From IMG/VR virus record IMGVR_UViG_3300043579_000184, positions 35,315 through 99,314 of that record: a DNA stretch of 64,000 bases. One strand, 5' to 3'. This DNA comes from a virus. Position 1 is the stretch's first letter, and each line of letters begins with the position of its first letter. Shown here in pieces: positions 1 through 10,049 of the stretch. Under the pieces are notes generated by a model, which was given only the letters and a program-made list of their open reading frames with translations, searched no databases and had not been told where the DNA came from. A program made the position numbers and the translations under genes.

Positions 1-197
1 GGCGCGGAGACCTTGGCCCAGAGGGCCTCGAAGCCGAAGTAGACCGCCGAGTTCACCGTCAGGTTCATCAGGCCCAGCGAGGCGGCCATCTTGAGGCTCC
101 CGGTCATCGCGTAGCCGACCGAGGCGGTGGTGGCCAGCGAAATCACCCGGTAGGCCAGCGTCTTGGTCAGCGTTCTGGTGGCGGCGGTTCTTCCCAT
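1..197 (-). CDS. DUF2061-like small membrane protein (runs off window start)
   Basis: Manual translation MGRTAATRTLTKTLAYRVISLATTASVGYAMTGSLKMAASLG...YFGFEALW resembles the DUF2061 pattern; lies just downstream of the conserved minus-strand promoter at 222-248. Confidence 0.55.
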   Translation of the reverse strand, partial: MGRTAATRTLTKTLAYRVISLATTASVGYAMTGSLKMAASLGLMNLTVNSAVYFGFEALWAKVSA

Positions 198-221
198 CTC
201 GTCCCTCCCGACACACCTATT

Positions 222-248
222 CTCCCACAGGTGGGCTCATGTGTCAAG
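222..248 (-). promoter_or_regulatory. conserved early-type promoter with CCAC-NN-GTGG dyad
   Basis: Reverse complement reads TTGACAcatgaGCCCACCTGTGGgagaat. Confidence 0.75.
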
Positions 249-417
249 AGGCGAGCGGGTCAGCCGTTACTCGACAGCAGGTCGGCCGGTCAACCGCAGG
301 ATGACCGCGCGGGCCTCGTCCTTCGTCATTCCGCCCATGATGCGCGCCCCGATGTCGTGGTACTTCAGTGTTTGCCGCGCGACCTTGAGTTGATGCCGTT
401 CCGGCACGCTCAGTTTC

Positions 418-717
418 TTAGCCAACGAACACCCCCGGTCCAATCTCCTCGCCCGGCAGGGGCACGGCGGCGAGCGCGGCGTCGATGACCTCGCGCGGCA
501 CAGCGACCACCGTGGCCCCGAGAAACTTGTTCAGGTGCATGAAGTAGGCCCCGTTCGGCTTGTGGACCGAGAGCCAGCCCGCGCCGGTGGCCGGGTCGAA
601 CTCCGCGATCCGGTGGTCGGATTGGATGATGACGCTGCTGGTGGCGGAGTTGCGCGGATACACCGTCCACTCGACGGCCTTCCGCATGGTCCCGAGTTTC
701 GCTGTCACGCTTCGCAC
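418..717 (-). CDS. hypothetical protein
   Basis: 99 aa ORF with GTG start and GGAGG SD; GC3-rich. Confidence 0.6.
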   Translation of the reverse strand: MRSVTAKLGTMRKAVEWTVYPRNSATSSVIIQSDHRIAEFDPATGAGWLSVHKPNGAYFMHLNKFLGATVVAVPREVIDAALAAVPLPGEEIGPGVFVG

Positions 718-943
718 TGCTGGCCTCCCTGCTGGAAAGTGGGGGAGCGGTGCCGGACTGACCGATTCGCGTGCCGCTCCCGAAGCCCGGGCGTTCTCCC
801 GGCTGTCCTTCTCATCTCAACCCGAGTCTCAGGTCCGGGGCGTCCTCACGCTTCCCGGCTCGGTGGCCCCCCCTTCTCGGGGCTGGTGGGGGGCGGTCCC
901 GTCTGGCGGGAGAGTCCTGTTCGCCGCTCCCTCCCGCACCTCT

Positions 944-972
944 ATAGTCCCACAGGTGGGCTTAAATGTCAA
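944..972 (-). promoter_or_regulatory. conserved early-type promoter
   Basis: Reverse complement TTGACAtttaaGCCCACCTGTGGGACTAT, 17 bp spacer. Confidence 0.75.
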
Positions 973-1319
973 GGGGCCGTGGGGGCAAACTCGACGCCGA
1001 AGATGCACGCCCAGCGCTCGCGGCCGGTGCGATGGGTGTTTTGCTTGACCCACCACGCGGGCGGCGCGTCGAGCGCGACGTGGATCCCGAGCCAGCCGCT
1101 CTCGGTGAAGTAGCCCATGACCGTCCCGGCCCCGAGCCCGTTCATCGTCACCCGGATGCGCGTGCCGCGCGGAGGCGGCGGGCCGGGGCTCGACCATAGC
1201 GCCACGTCCCCGTAGTTGGTGGTGTTGCCCTCCTCGTCGCGGATGGGCGCGGTATGCGCCGGGGCCCGCATCAGGTAGTAGGCGTTCGGCACGGTGGTCT
1301 CAGGGGTCTTGGTGTTCAT
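969..1319 (-). CDS. hypothetical protein
   Basis: Likely start MNTKTPETTV at 1319 (GGAG SD, overlaps stop of upstream gene). Confidence 0.6.
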   Translation of the reverse strand: MNTKTPETTVPNAYYLMRAPAHTAPIRDEEGNTTNYGDVALWSSPGPPPPRGTRIRVTMNGLGAGTVMGYFTESGWLGIHVALDAPPAWWVKQNTHRTGRERWACIFGVEFAPTAP

Positions 1320-1597
1320 GCGGCGGGCTCCTCGTTGATGAAGGCCGAGTTGGCGGGGATGGTGACCGCGTCGGCGGGCAGGACCGTTGTCGTCCGTGTG
1401 AAGCCGAAGCGAGTCGTCCGGTTGCGTGGGCCGGTCCGGCGGCTGACCAGCGTCCCTGTGGGCTTGGTCACCTTGCTGAACCAGCTCTCGCGGGTCGTCC
1501 CGGTGCCGGTCGTGAAGGTCACCAGCATCCGCTTCTCGGTCACGCGGGTGACGGTGCCTGTGTAGAGCGAGCCGTTGAACATCACTGTCGCTGTCAC
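1316..1597 (-). CDS. hypothetical protein
   Basis: GGAGG SD; first gene after the minus-strand promoter at 1614-1642. Confidence 0.6.
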   Translation of the reverse strand: MTATVMFNGSLYTGTVTRVTEKRMLVTFTTGTGTTRESWFSKVTKPTGTLVSRRTGPRNRTTRFGFTRTTTVLPADAVTIPANSAFINEEPAA

Positions 1598-1613
1598 TGC
1601 TTACCTCCACAGA

Positions 1614-1687
1614 CATAATACCACAGGTGGGCCCAGACGCAAAGCTACACGGGCCGATTTGACACTTGAGCCCACCTGTGGTAGTAT
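1614..1687. promoter_or_regulatory. back-to-back divergent pair of conserved promoters
   Basis: Minus: TTGCGT-ctgg-GCCCACCTGTGG-TATTAT (1642 to 1614); plus: TTGACA 1659-1664, GCCCACCTGTGG 1670-1681, TAGTAT 1682-1687. Confidence 0.8.
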
Positions 1688-1709
1688 GATAGTGGAAAGG
1701 ACGGTGCTG

Positions 1710-2012
1710 ATGCGAGTAGTTGTCAAGTTCGAGTTCAGCGAGGCCACGCTCCGGACGATTCGAGCGGCCTACGGGAAGGGCGGGGTGGCGACCCGGAAGG
1801 AGTCGTCGCTCTTCGTCAACCGGGCGGTGGCAGCGGCGATACTGGCCGCGCCGGAACCCAAGGCCAAGCGGGCCGCCAAGGCAGAGGTGACGCCGCCTCC
1901 GCCGCCCCCGGCGGTCTGCTCGTGCGGGGACGGCCCGATGTGCGCGACGTGCCGCGCCAAGCGGGACCGGATCCTCAGTGGCAAGCCCGCCAAGGCGTGG
2001 AGGTCCGCATGA
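1710..2012 (+). CDS. hypothetical protein, C-terminal Cys cluster
   Basis: ATG 1710 after the promoter; CSC...CATC near the C-terminus. Confidence 0.55.
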   Translation: MRVVVKFEFSEATLRTIRAAYGKGGVATRKESSLFVNRAVAAAILAAPEPKAKRAAKAEVTPPPPPPAVCSCGDGPMCATCRAKRDRILSGKPAKAWRSA

Positions 2013-2653
2013 CCCCGAAGGTCACCATCGAGAACGAGACGCGCTGGCCCACCCGGATGCTCCTGCCCTTCGTGCGGCGGATCGCCCGTGAGGAGTTTCC
2101 CGGCACCACCGTGGCGAACACGCGCCGGGGCGTCGTGGTCCGGGTGGTCTACAACCGGGCAGGCAAGACCTTCAACTACTGCACCGGCTACGCCCACTAC
2201 AACAGCAGCCGGTGTCTGGTGCGGGTGCCCTTCCCGCACCCGGGCAAGGTCTTCCCGGTCATCGACTTTTGCCACGTGGTCGGCCACGAGTTTGGCCACT
2301 GCCGGGGCCTGAAGCACAAGGACATGGGCTGGCAACACGGCTGGAGCTGCCGCCGGGGCACCTACTCGGGCGAGCACTACGCATGGGCCAAGGCCCTGCC
2401 GGTGCCGGTCCTCCCCGTGAAGGTGACACTGACAACGGCTGACAAGCGACTTGCGAAGCTCAAGACCGCTGAGAAAGCCGTGCTGACATGGGCTCGCAAA
2501 CACAAGTTGGCAACGACCAAGCTGAAGCTCTGGACCAAGAAGGCGAGAGCCCTTGCCAAGTTGGTCGGCGGGACGCCAGCCGAGACGGCCGAGCCGCTGG
2601 CCGAAGCGGCGTGTGGAGTTGACACATTAAGCCCGCCCGTGGTATCGTCCTGA
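2009..2653 (+). CDS. putative zinc metallopeptidase (metzincin motif)
   Basis: HEFGHCRGLKH = HExxHxxGxxH; ATGA overlap with upstream gene. Confidence 0.6.
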   Translation: MTPKVTIENETRWPTRMLLPFVRRIAREEFPGTTVANTRRGVVVRVVYNRAGKTFNYCTGYAHYNSSRCLVRVPFPHPGKVFPVIDFCHVVGHEFGHCRGLKHKDMGWQHGWSCRRGTYSGEHYAWAKALPVPVLPVKVTLTTADKRLAKLKTAEKAVLTWARKHKLATTKLKLWTKKARALAKLVGGTPAETAEPLAEAACGVDTLSPPVVSS

Positions 2654-2654
2654 C

Positions 2655-4082
2655 ATGGCTGACGAACCTGAGGACGTAACTGCACTGGACCCGGTCCTAG
2701 CGGCTGAGGTTGATGCTGCACTTGCGAAGGATCCTCCTAAGTACTCGCATCCGACCAAGCCGGTCCGATTCGAGGACAAGGCGGCGGGATTCACCGGCGA
2801 GGCCACGACGCTCAAGACGTTCCGGCCGGGCACGATGGACCTGATGCAGGCGCTGCGGATCCGGATGAAGCAGCTCAAGGAGCACACCCGGTTGGAGCTG
2901 GAGGCCCAGTGGGAGGGTTTCAACGACCGGGCGATTAAGATTCTCGCCACGCGAGAGGACGAGGCCCGCGAGTTCGTCTACATGCCGCAGACCGTTGAGG
3001 ACGAGGACGAGCTGATCGAGATGCTGCAGACACAACTCGCGGATGTTGAGAATGCGCTGATCTCTGAGCAGTACTCCCACTCCTCGGCGCACGTCGTTGC
3101 GCTGGAGCAGAAGCTCCTCGCCGTCCGGGTGAACGGGGCCTTTCAGGCCGCGTACCCCGGCAGCGATGGCGCGCTCCAGCAAGCGACCGTCGATACTCTG
3201 AAGGTGGCGAAGTCGTACTGCTGGTCCCCGAACTGTGTCGAGGCTGTGGCCGCCTCGGCCGACCGGCTGGTCGATGAGGCGATGCCTGCCGAGCTGCCGC
3301 TGGGCGAGGTCACCGTACCAGCGGCCAGCGGGTGGTACTGGTTCGAGAAACCACTGCCCATCAAGACGACGACTTCAGGCGAAGCGGCGGTGGCGCTGCT
3401 CTGGCGGCGAGAGCTGCGTGACGGTCACCTCGCCGACGCGCTGCCGCACGAGCAGGCGCTCTACGGCAAGCGGACGGTGTCCTACACGTGGTTCAGCGTC
3501 TTCATTCTGGAGTCGATCACCCTTAACGGCCGCAAGATCCTCGCGCCGTCGCCGACTCTGGCGTGGACGTGGGTCGATACCGTGCCGCTCGGCAAGCTCC
3601 GGGCGAACATGGTGCAACGCTTCACCGACATCGACCGGCTACCGGCGGGCACTGGGGTCTCGGCGTTGGGGCCCGAGGCGTGTGCGGACGCGGCGCTGTG
3701 GTTCTCACGGTTCTGGATGTCGGCCGCGACGTGGCTCGACTCACGAGTGACCGCCAGCGGCAAGCCGCGCCCGTCCCTGCTGGGGCGGATGACGACGAAG
3801 CTCCCGCGCCAGCAGGGCCGCCAACTGCAGCGGCAGTTCCTGCTGAAAGAGTTCCCGACGGTCGAGGTGGTCTACCTGCGTCGGACCGAGCCGCGCGAGC
3901 CGCTCAGCAACAAGCCACAGCTCAAGGAGCACGACTACTGCTGGTACGTCGAGGCGTTCCCGAGGCGGCAGTGGTTCCCGAGCTTGGGGCGACACGAGCT
4001 GATCATGGTCACCGATCACGTCAGAGGTCCAAAAGACAAGCCGCTGAAGCACGCGCGTCGTGTGTATGCAGTGAGCCGGTAG
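2655..4082 (+). CDS. hypothetical protein (475 aa)
   Basis: Long ORF; promoter copy at 2619-2648 directly upstream; no recognisable family. Confidence 0.75.
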   Translation: MADEPEDVTALDPVLAAEVDAALAKDPPKYSHPTKPVRFEDKAAGFTGEATTLKTFRPGTMDLMQALRIRMKQLKEHTRLELEAQWEGFNDRAIKILATREDEAREFVYMPQTVEDEDELIEMLQTQLADVENALISEQYSHSSAHVVALEQKLLAVRVNGAFQAAYPGSDGALQQATVDTLKVAKSYCWSPNCVEAVAASADRLVDEAMPAELPLGEVTVPAASGWYWFEKPLPIKTTTSGEAAVALLWRRELRDGHLADALPHEQALYGKRTVSYTWFSVFILESITLNGRKILAPSPTLAWTWVDTVPLGKLRANMVQRFTDIDRLPAGTGVSALGPEACADAALWFSRFWMSAATWLDSRVTASGKPRPSLLGRMTTKLPRQQGRQLQRQFLLKEFPTVEVVYLRRTEPREPLSNKPQLKEHDYCWYVEAFPRRQWFPSLGRHELIMVTDHVRGPKDKPLKHARRVYAVSR

Positions 4083-4294
4083 GAGGGACGATGGAGACGT
4101 TTCGCGAGTGCGTAGACCAATACCTGCAGGCGGAGGGGCAACCTTCGACGGCTGCGTTGATGATGGTGGCCGAGCTGCGGCGAGCCCTGCTTGAGACGGC
4201 TGCCACCCAGCTCGATGTGGACGAGCGCGTCCGTCTGCAGAACCTTGCCGCAGTTCTGCCGCAGTGGTAAGGCCACCTGTGGTAACATAATCGT

Positions 4295-4969
4295 ATGGCA
4301 CAGCGACTGCGACCGGGGATGACCCGAGACCCCTACGACTGCTGCGGCAAGGCCGCTGAGAAGTCGTACGGCCGCCAGAAGGGCAAGATTTGCGAGGAAT
4401 GCGCCGGGCTCATCACCGACGGCAAGGTGGCCCGCGCCACGCTGGCGGAGCAGAGCCTTGCGGTCTACCAGTGGACCAGCGCGGACTACGGCTGGCCCCG
4501 GTTCTACAAGACCGACGTGCGTTTCCCGCACACGCTGCAGCACGGCAACTTGCACGACGAGCTGGCGAAAGCGTTCTGGGCGCTAGTGAACCGGGTCGCG
4601 GTGGACGCGCCCGCCGACACGCCGCGCCACGCGCCGACCTACACGATGCGGAAGCGGTGGAGCGGCGGCAAGGAGCTGGAGCGCAGCTACGACCCGTGGC
4701 CGAAAGTCCTGAGCGCGGAGGGGACCAACCGGGACTCGTGGAGCTTCGAGAAGCTGGTGCTCCTGTCTCCGGCGACTCGTGAGGCGCTCGACCTGCTGCA
4801 CCAGACCATCGGGGTGGCGCTCGCCGGGGTCTACCTGCAGGGGAAGGAGGAGGGCGGCTCGGTGCTGCACCAGCTCGCCTCCGGGACGCTGTCCCTGCAG
4901 GACTTCGATGACGCGCTGTTGACCTCGGAGCAGCGGGCCGCCGCCCAGAAGGCGCGACGTGGCTACTGA
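4295..4969 (+). CDS. hypothetical protein
   Basis: 224 aa ORF; promoter-dyad copy at 4272-4291. Confidence 0.7.
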   Translation: MAQRLRPGMTRDPYDCCGKAAEKSYGRQKGKICEECAGLITDGKVARATLAEQSLAVYQWTSADYGWPRFYKTDVRFPHTLQHGNLHDELAKAFWALVNRVAVDAPADTPRHAPTYTMRKRWSGGKELERSYDPWPKVLSAEGTNRDSWSFEKLVLLSPATREALDLLHQTIGVALAGVYLQGKEEGGSVLHQLASGTLSLQDFDDALLTSEQRAAAQKARRGY

Positions 4970-5294
4970 CGACTACGCCCGCTATCGTGGGAAGTGCCGG
5001 GAGCTGTCGGAGGCGGCGGTCGCCGCCGACCCGACGCTGACGCTGGTCCGGGGGCACTATTTCTGCCCGGTCTGGGGCGTGCAGGCGCACTGGTGGACCC
5101 GCCGCCCTGACGGCACGGTGTTCGACCCGACGGCGGCGCAGTTCCCTTCCAAGGGCACCGGCGAGTACATCGAGTTCGACGGCTTCCACGAGTGCGAGCA
5201 GTGCGGCAAGCGGGTCCGTGAGGAGGACGCCGTTATCGACCCGCCCCACCTGTTCTGTTCCAGCACCTGCTACGGCCGGTGCGTACTGGGTTGA
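4959..5294 (+). CDS. small Cys/His-rich phage protein, possible papain/transglutaminase-like fold
   Basis: GKC...AHWW...VFDPTA pattern (C-H-D) plus CEQC...CSSTC. Confidence 0.4.
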   Translation: MATDDYARYRGKCRELSEAAVAADPTLTLVRGHYFCPVWGVQAHWWTRRPDGTVFDPTAAQFPSKGTGEYIEFDGFHECEQCGKRVREEDAVIDPPHLFCSSTCYGRCVLG

Positions 5295-5336
5295 CTTCTG
5301 GGCCCACCTGTGGCATCATGATGGTGGAGGGAAGCG

Positions 5337-5960
5337 ATGGCAGTCAGGATTCTCAAAACCGCCCCGGACGGCCCCCCGGTCCCCGGCTGGCCGGACGTGA
5401 AGGGCACCTTCGAGGTGAGCTTCGAGGGCGCGGTGCTCGCCACTGGCGAGCGCAACTACCGCGACGACTCGGACTTCTACGCCACGGTCTGGAACGAGAC
5501 GACCGGCACGGTCCACAATGTGGACTACGGCACGACTCGCGGCTGGACCTACGCCAACAGCGCCTCGGTGGACGCGACCCCCGAGGTGCGCGAGAAGGCG
5601 GCGGCCTTCTTCGCCGCGCGGAACCTCGAAGCCAGAATCGCCAAGGCCACGGCGGAGGCCGCGACCCCCGCGAAGGGCAAGCTGGTGACGGTGGTCAAGG
5701 GCCGGAAGGTGCCGAAGGGCACGACCGGCGTGGTCATCTGGGTCGGCGAGGGCCGCTACTTCGGGCCGACGCCCCGCTACAAGTCGAGCGCATGGAGCAC
5801 CAAGGGTGCGCTCCGGGTGGGGGTCAAGGACGCGGAGGGCACGGTCCACTGGACGGCCGCCAGCAACGTCGCGGTCGTCAGCCCGGCTGAGCCCGATGTC
5901 GAAGAGCTGACGCGGCTGGCCAACGCGACCGGCCGCTCCTACGCGGGGTTGGCCGCGTGA
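5337..5960 (+). CDS. hypothetical phage protein
   Basis: Promoter copy 5291-5319, GGAGGG SD, 207 aa GC3-rich ORF. Confidence 0.75.
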   Translation: MAVRILKTAPDGPPVPGWPDVKGTFEVSFEGAVLATGERNYRDDSDFYATVWNETTGTVHNVDYGTTRGWTYANSASVDATPEVREKAAAFFAARNLEARIAKATAEAATPAKGKLVTVVKGRKVPKGTTGVVIWVGEGRYFGPTPRYKSSAWSTKGALRVGVKDAEGTVHWTAASNVAVVSPAEPDVEELTRLANATGRSYAGLAA

Positions 5961-7818
5961 GCCTGACCGGCGACCGTAACCTCTCGCGTTGCCCACGCTG
6001 CGGCGCGGTGTTCGAGAACCACAACGAGCGGTTCACGGCGTGCCCGAAGCACCGAACACCAAAGTTGGACGGGTCCGGCAGGGTGATGTGCAGCCTCCCG
6101 GGCTGCCCGTTCCGGTCGGTCCCCGGGAAGCCGAAAGGCGGTCTCTGCCCGTACCATTGGGCCGCCGACCGATGGGGGAAGGCATGGGCCGACAACTGTT
6201 ACCCGAACTACACCGAGGAGTCGGCGCTCGCGTATAACAGGGCCGAGGTGCCCCATGGCCCGACCGATCCGCCTGTATAAACACGTGTTCGTCCGGGGCT
6301 CGCTGCTCAAGGACCATCCCGAGAAGCTGGAGTTCGTCCGCTCGGGCAACACGCCCTGCCGGGCGAAGGCAGCGGCGTTTGTCGCGCTGGAGACCCACCT
6401 GAAGCAGGCGCACGACGCGCGCACCGGCTGGTGGCTGGCCGCGCAGGTTGACGTGACCCATCTGGCTGTGGTAAGGTAAGGCCAATGGAGGTCTTAATGT
6501 CCGACTCTGCCGACGAGTACTCCGTACTCGACTGGTTAGCCGTCAGCGAGTGGCTCGATGCGCTGCGGTCCAAGGGCGGGATCTCCCGGGAGGGGCTCAT
6601 GGATGTCCAGCTAGGTGAGGACGACCTCGTCGCCGTGATCGGCGCGCGAGTCAGTAACGTCGGCGAGGAGCTATGGAATAACCCGAGGTGCGTGTTCCTG
6701 CAGGGAGACGTGGTGGTCTCGCGAGGGCTCCCGGTCAACACGCGAGCCGTGGTCTTCACACGGTTCCTCGGCCACACGGCATTCAAGGTCATCATGGACC
6801 AAGTCCGCCGACGCAAGCTGGCGGTGTACCCCATGCAGGGGACGGGCCAGCTCAAGCGAACACTTGCCACCTTACTTGCCCCCGTGCCTGTCCCCGTGCT
6901 GCCGATGACTGACCACAGCGCCGGTCGTGTGCTTCCCGAGTTCTCGCCACCCGAGACCCGAGAACCCGAGACCCTTCCAGTACCCGAACCCCAGACCTGC
7001 ACCTGCGATGCGGTGGAGCCGCCCGGCGGGTGGCAAGGCGCGGTGCCGCTGCCGTGTCCCGTTCACGAGATCCGAGAACCCGAGGACGACATGGCGAAGA
7101 CGGTGCAGCGTGGGGACGTGACCGCATGGGTACGCGACCAGTACACCCCGGGGATGAAGTTTGCCGACATCATCCGGCTGGCGACTCGCGAGAAGGTGCC
7201 GTTCAAGTCCAGCTCGATCTCGGCGGCGTTCTACACGATCAAGCGAGAGGTCGGTGTGGCTGCGAAGCCTGCGAAGCCCGCGCCGCCGCCCGCCGAGACT
7301 CTCGACCAGCGCGCCGTTGCTATCGCGCGAGACATCGTGGCGGTGCAGGCGGTCCCGGTCCCACCCCCGGCCCCGCCGGTGCCCGCGCCGAACGGCGACG
7401 AGCTGGTGCGGCTGGTGGATGAGGTGATGGCCGGGCTGGCGCTGGTCCGTGAGGCCGCCGTCCGCATGGCCGCCGACCGCGAGAAGATGGCGAAGATTCT
7501 GGAGCTGGCCCAGCAGCTTGGAGTGAGCTAATGCAACGCGCCGCGACCCGCTTGCCGCCCCCGGACGACCCGCAGATCCGCACGCTCGACGTGCACGTCA
7601 AGGGCGACCGGGGCCACCTGATCGGCCGGGCCTCGGTCCCGGCGGAGCTGCTGCTCGACTTCGAGGCCGCATGGCAGGCGTTTCACGCCAAGCACCCGCA
7701 CTACACGCTGGAGCAGTTCCTGCGCTACGTGCTCATCAAGGGGACCATCATCGCGGTCCGCCGGGTGGTGTTCAACACGATCCCGGAGCCGACGCTCTTC
7801 TTCAAGGGGACGGATTGA
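5957..7818 (+). CDS. cluster of hypothetical genes (5957-6280 Cys-rich, 6255-6479, 6485-7531, 7531-7818)
   Basis: Closely packed or overlapping ORFs with phage-like codon usage. Confidence 0.55.
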
Positions 7819-7914
7819 CATCCGGCGGGGACACCCGCATACTCAGGGTTTTTCCGAGGGGTTAATGCCGGATTCCGGGCTCATCTGTCACCGGGCTCAC
7901 GCGGGAGGTCTGTA

Positions 7915-8469
7915 ATGGAGTTTGAACACCTGCGGCCGGTGATTATCGCGGCCCTCCTGCGGTTCGGCAAAGGCCGGGTGCGGACCGATGACCTTGAGGA
8001 CTTGGAGCAGGAAGTCCTGCTCCGCCTCGTCCGGGCCACCCAATCCCCCACGGCGGCCTACAACCCGGCGCGCGGCGCGCTGACCACCTACGTGTATCTC
8101 GTCACCCGCAGCGTGTTGTACAACGCCTTCGCGAAGAACAGCCGCGACCCGAGCAACCACGCGCTCCGGCTGGAGGTCACCGCGACCGGGGCCCCGCTGG
8201 CCATCGCGGCCGAGAACATCTGCTCCCTGCGGGATGACCGCATCGAGACCCGGCTGGCCGCCGCCGATGTGCTGGCCAAGCTCCGGGCGGTCGCCGACGC
8301 GACCAGCGACAACGCGCGCCTGCTGGCGCGCTACGTCGAAACGTGCGAACAGCTCACGGGCGAGGCGACGGAGTACCGGGTGGCCCGGGCGATGGGCGTG
8401 CCGGTGCGACTGGTCCAGCAGGTCCGCCAGCAAGCCCGCGCCCTGCTGGCTACGCTCGGGGCCGCGTGA
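7915..8469 (+). CDS. phage RNA polymerase sigma-70-family factor (ECF/group IV size)
   Basis: Region-2-like DDLEDLEQEVLLRL...YNPARGALTTYVY and region-4 HTH-like EYRVARAMGVPVRLVQQV; GGAGG SD. Confidence 0.75.
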   Translation: MEFEHLRPVIIAALLRFGKGRVRTDDLEDLEQEVLLRLVRATQSPTAAYNPARGALTTYVYLVTRSVLYNAFAKNSRDPSNHALRLEVTATGAPLAIAAENICSLRDDRIETRLAAADVLAKLRAVADATSDNARLLARYVETCEQLTGEATEYRVARAMGVPVRLVQQVRQQARALLATLGAA

Positions 8470-8672
8470 CGTGGCCGCCGGGGCCCGCCCGCATCCCGAA
8501 CGCCAGCGGAAGGGACCGCTGAAGCAGATCAAGCGGTTGATCCGCCGCGCCATCGGCGGCGGCTACAATCAGGCGCTCGTGGAGCTGGAATGCGGGCACA
8601 TCGTCAAGACCAACTCGAAGCGCCGGGCCCGGTGCGACCGGTGTGACCCTGACCCCAAGCTGACCGACGACG

Positions 8673-9377
8673 GTGCGTGAACTGACCACCGTTCTGCACG
8701 ACTTCAACCCGGGGGGGTTGGTTGCGCCTGCGCTCGCGCCCGCCCCGGCGCAGGGCAGCTACGCGGCCCTGCCGATGGTCCCGGAGTTCCGGGCCTGCAC
8801 GGCGTGCACGGCCCGAGCGGAAGCCCGGCAGGTGGTGGTTGGGGTCGGCCCGGTCGATGCGGTCGGCATGGTCATCGGCCAGAACCCCGGCCACGAGGAA
8901 GACCTCGCCGGGGTGCCGTTCATCGGCGCGGGCGGGGAGCTGCTGGACGAGTGGCTCACCCGACTCGGCTTGGACCGGAACAAGCTCGTCATTACGAACG
9001 CCTGCAAGTGCCACACCCTGAATAACCGCGTGCCCCGGACCCTTGAGCTGAAGACCTGCTACGCGCAGACGGTCTCGAAAGAACTGGAGGCGCTCACCCG
9101 GCTCCAAGTCCTGTTCCCGGTTGGCAAACCGGCGGTGTCCGTGCTGCTGGGGAAGGCCGCGCCCCCGATGACCCCCTTGATGGCGCACTACTTCCTCGTC
9201 CGGGCCACCGGGCCGGGGGTGGTGCGTGACTTCCACGTCTTCCCGCTCCCGCACCCGGCGTTTCTCCTGCGGGCCCGCCATCTCAGTGCCCTGATGCTGA
9301 CGGTCCTCTCGCATGTCCGCCGGACGTTGGAACAGTCGCTGCCGGAGGCATATGCCCAGATGCAGAAAGTCAGGTGA
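8673..9377 (+). CDS. udg: uracil-DNA glycosylase family 4
   Basis: CTAC Fe-S cysteines, IGQNPGHEEDLAGVPFIGAGGELL, ITNACKC, HPAFLLR. Confidence 0.85.
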   Translation: MRELTTVLHDFNPGGLVAPALAPAPAQGSYAALPMVPEFRACTACTARAEARQVVVGVGPVDAVGMVIGQNPGHEEDLAGVPFIGAGGELLDEWLTRLGLDRNKLVITNACKCHTLNNRVPRTLELKTCYAQTVSKELEALTRLQVLFPVGKPAVSVLLGKAAPPMTPLMAHYFLVRATGPGVVRDFHVFPLPHPAFLLRARHLSALMLTVLSHVRRTLEQSLPEAYAQMQKVR

Positions 9378-9380
9378 CCG

Positions 9381-10049
9381 ATGAAACTCAGTACCGCCGA
9401 GATCACCGAGGTCTACGAAGAGATTGGCCAGATGCGGGTCCAGTTGGACCCCAACCCGAACCGGGGCCTACAGTACGTCAAGGAGCGGCTGACCCTGTGC
9501 CGCGCCATGCAGGACCGGCTGGGGGAGCTGCTCCTGCTGTGCAGCCGGGCGTATAGCGACGTGCTGACCGAGGAGCTGTCGGTCAAGACCGACAAGCAGC
9601 TCAACCCGCCGCCGCCCGACACCACCATCGTCGCGCAGCGGCTCGCTCGGATCGCCGCCGACAAGGAAGAGCACGCCACGCTGGTGAAGATGCTGAAGCT
9701 CCAGCACACCTTGCTTGGCCGCACCTCGCAGGACATCCGGCTGCTGGCGGACCTCACCAAGGAGCAGATCAAGCTCGGCGAGATCGACCCGCACGAAGCC
9801 GGGCTGGTGGAGCATGTCCCGCCGGAAGACCTGTCGCCGGTCCCGCACGTCCCGCCGGTGGACTCATCTGCGGATCAATCCTCGACTTTGGGGCCGCCCT
9901 CGGCTATAATCGAGTCCATGAACACGGTCGTGGCCCTCCCGCAGTTTCCGGGCCCGGACCTGCCGGTGATGACCACCGAGCCGGTCACCAACTACGAGGA
10001 ACTGTTTGGAGCATTGAATGGTAAGCACAGCAACGGTGAGCATTCCTGA
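9381..10049 (+). CDS. hypothetical coiled-coil protein
   Basis: 222 aa helical ORF. Confidence 0.6.
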   Translation: MKLSTAEITEVYEEIGQMRVQLDPNPNRGLQYVKERLTLCRAMQDRLGELLLLCSRAYSDVLTEELSVKTDKQLNPPPPDTTIVAQRLARIAADKEEHATLVKMLKLQHTLLGRTSQDIRLLADLTKEQIKLGEIDPHEAGLVEHVPPEDLSPVPHVPPVDSSADQSSTLGPPSAIIESMNTVVALPQFPGPDLPVMTTEPVTNYEELFGALNGKHSNGEHS

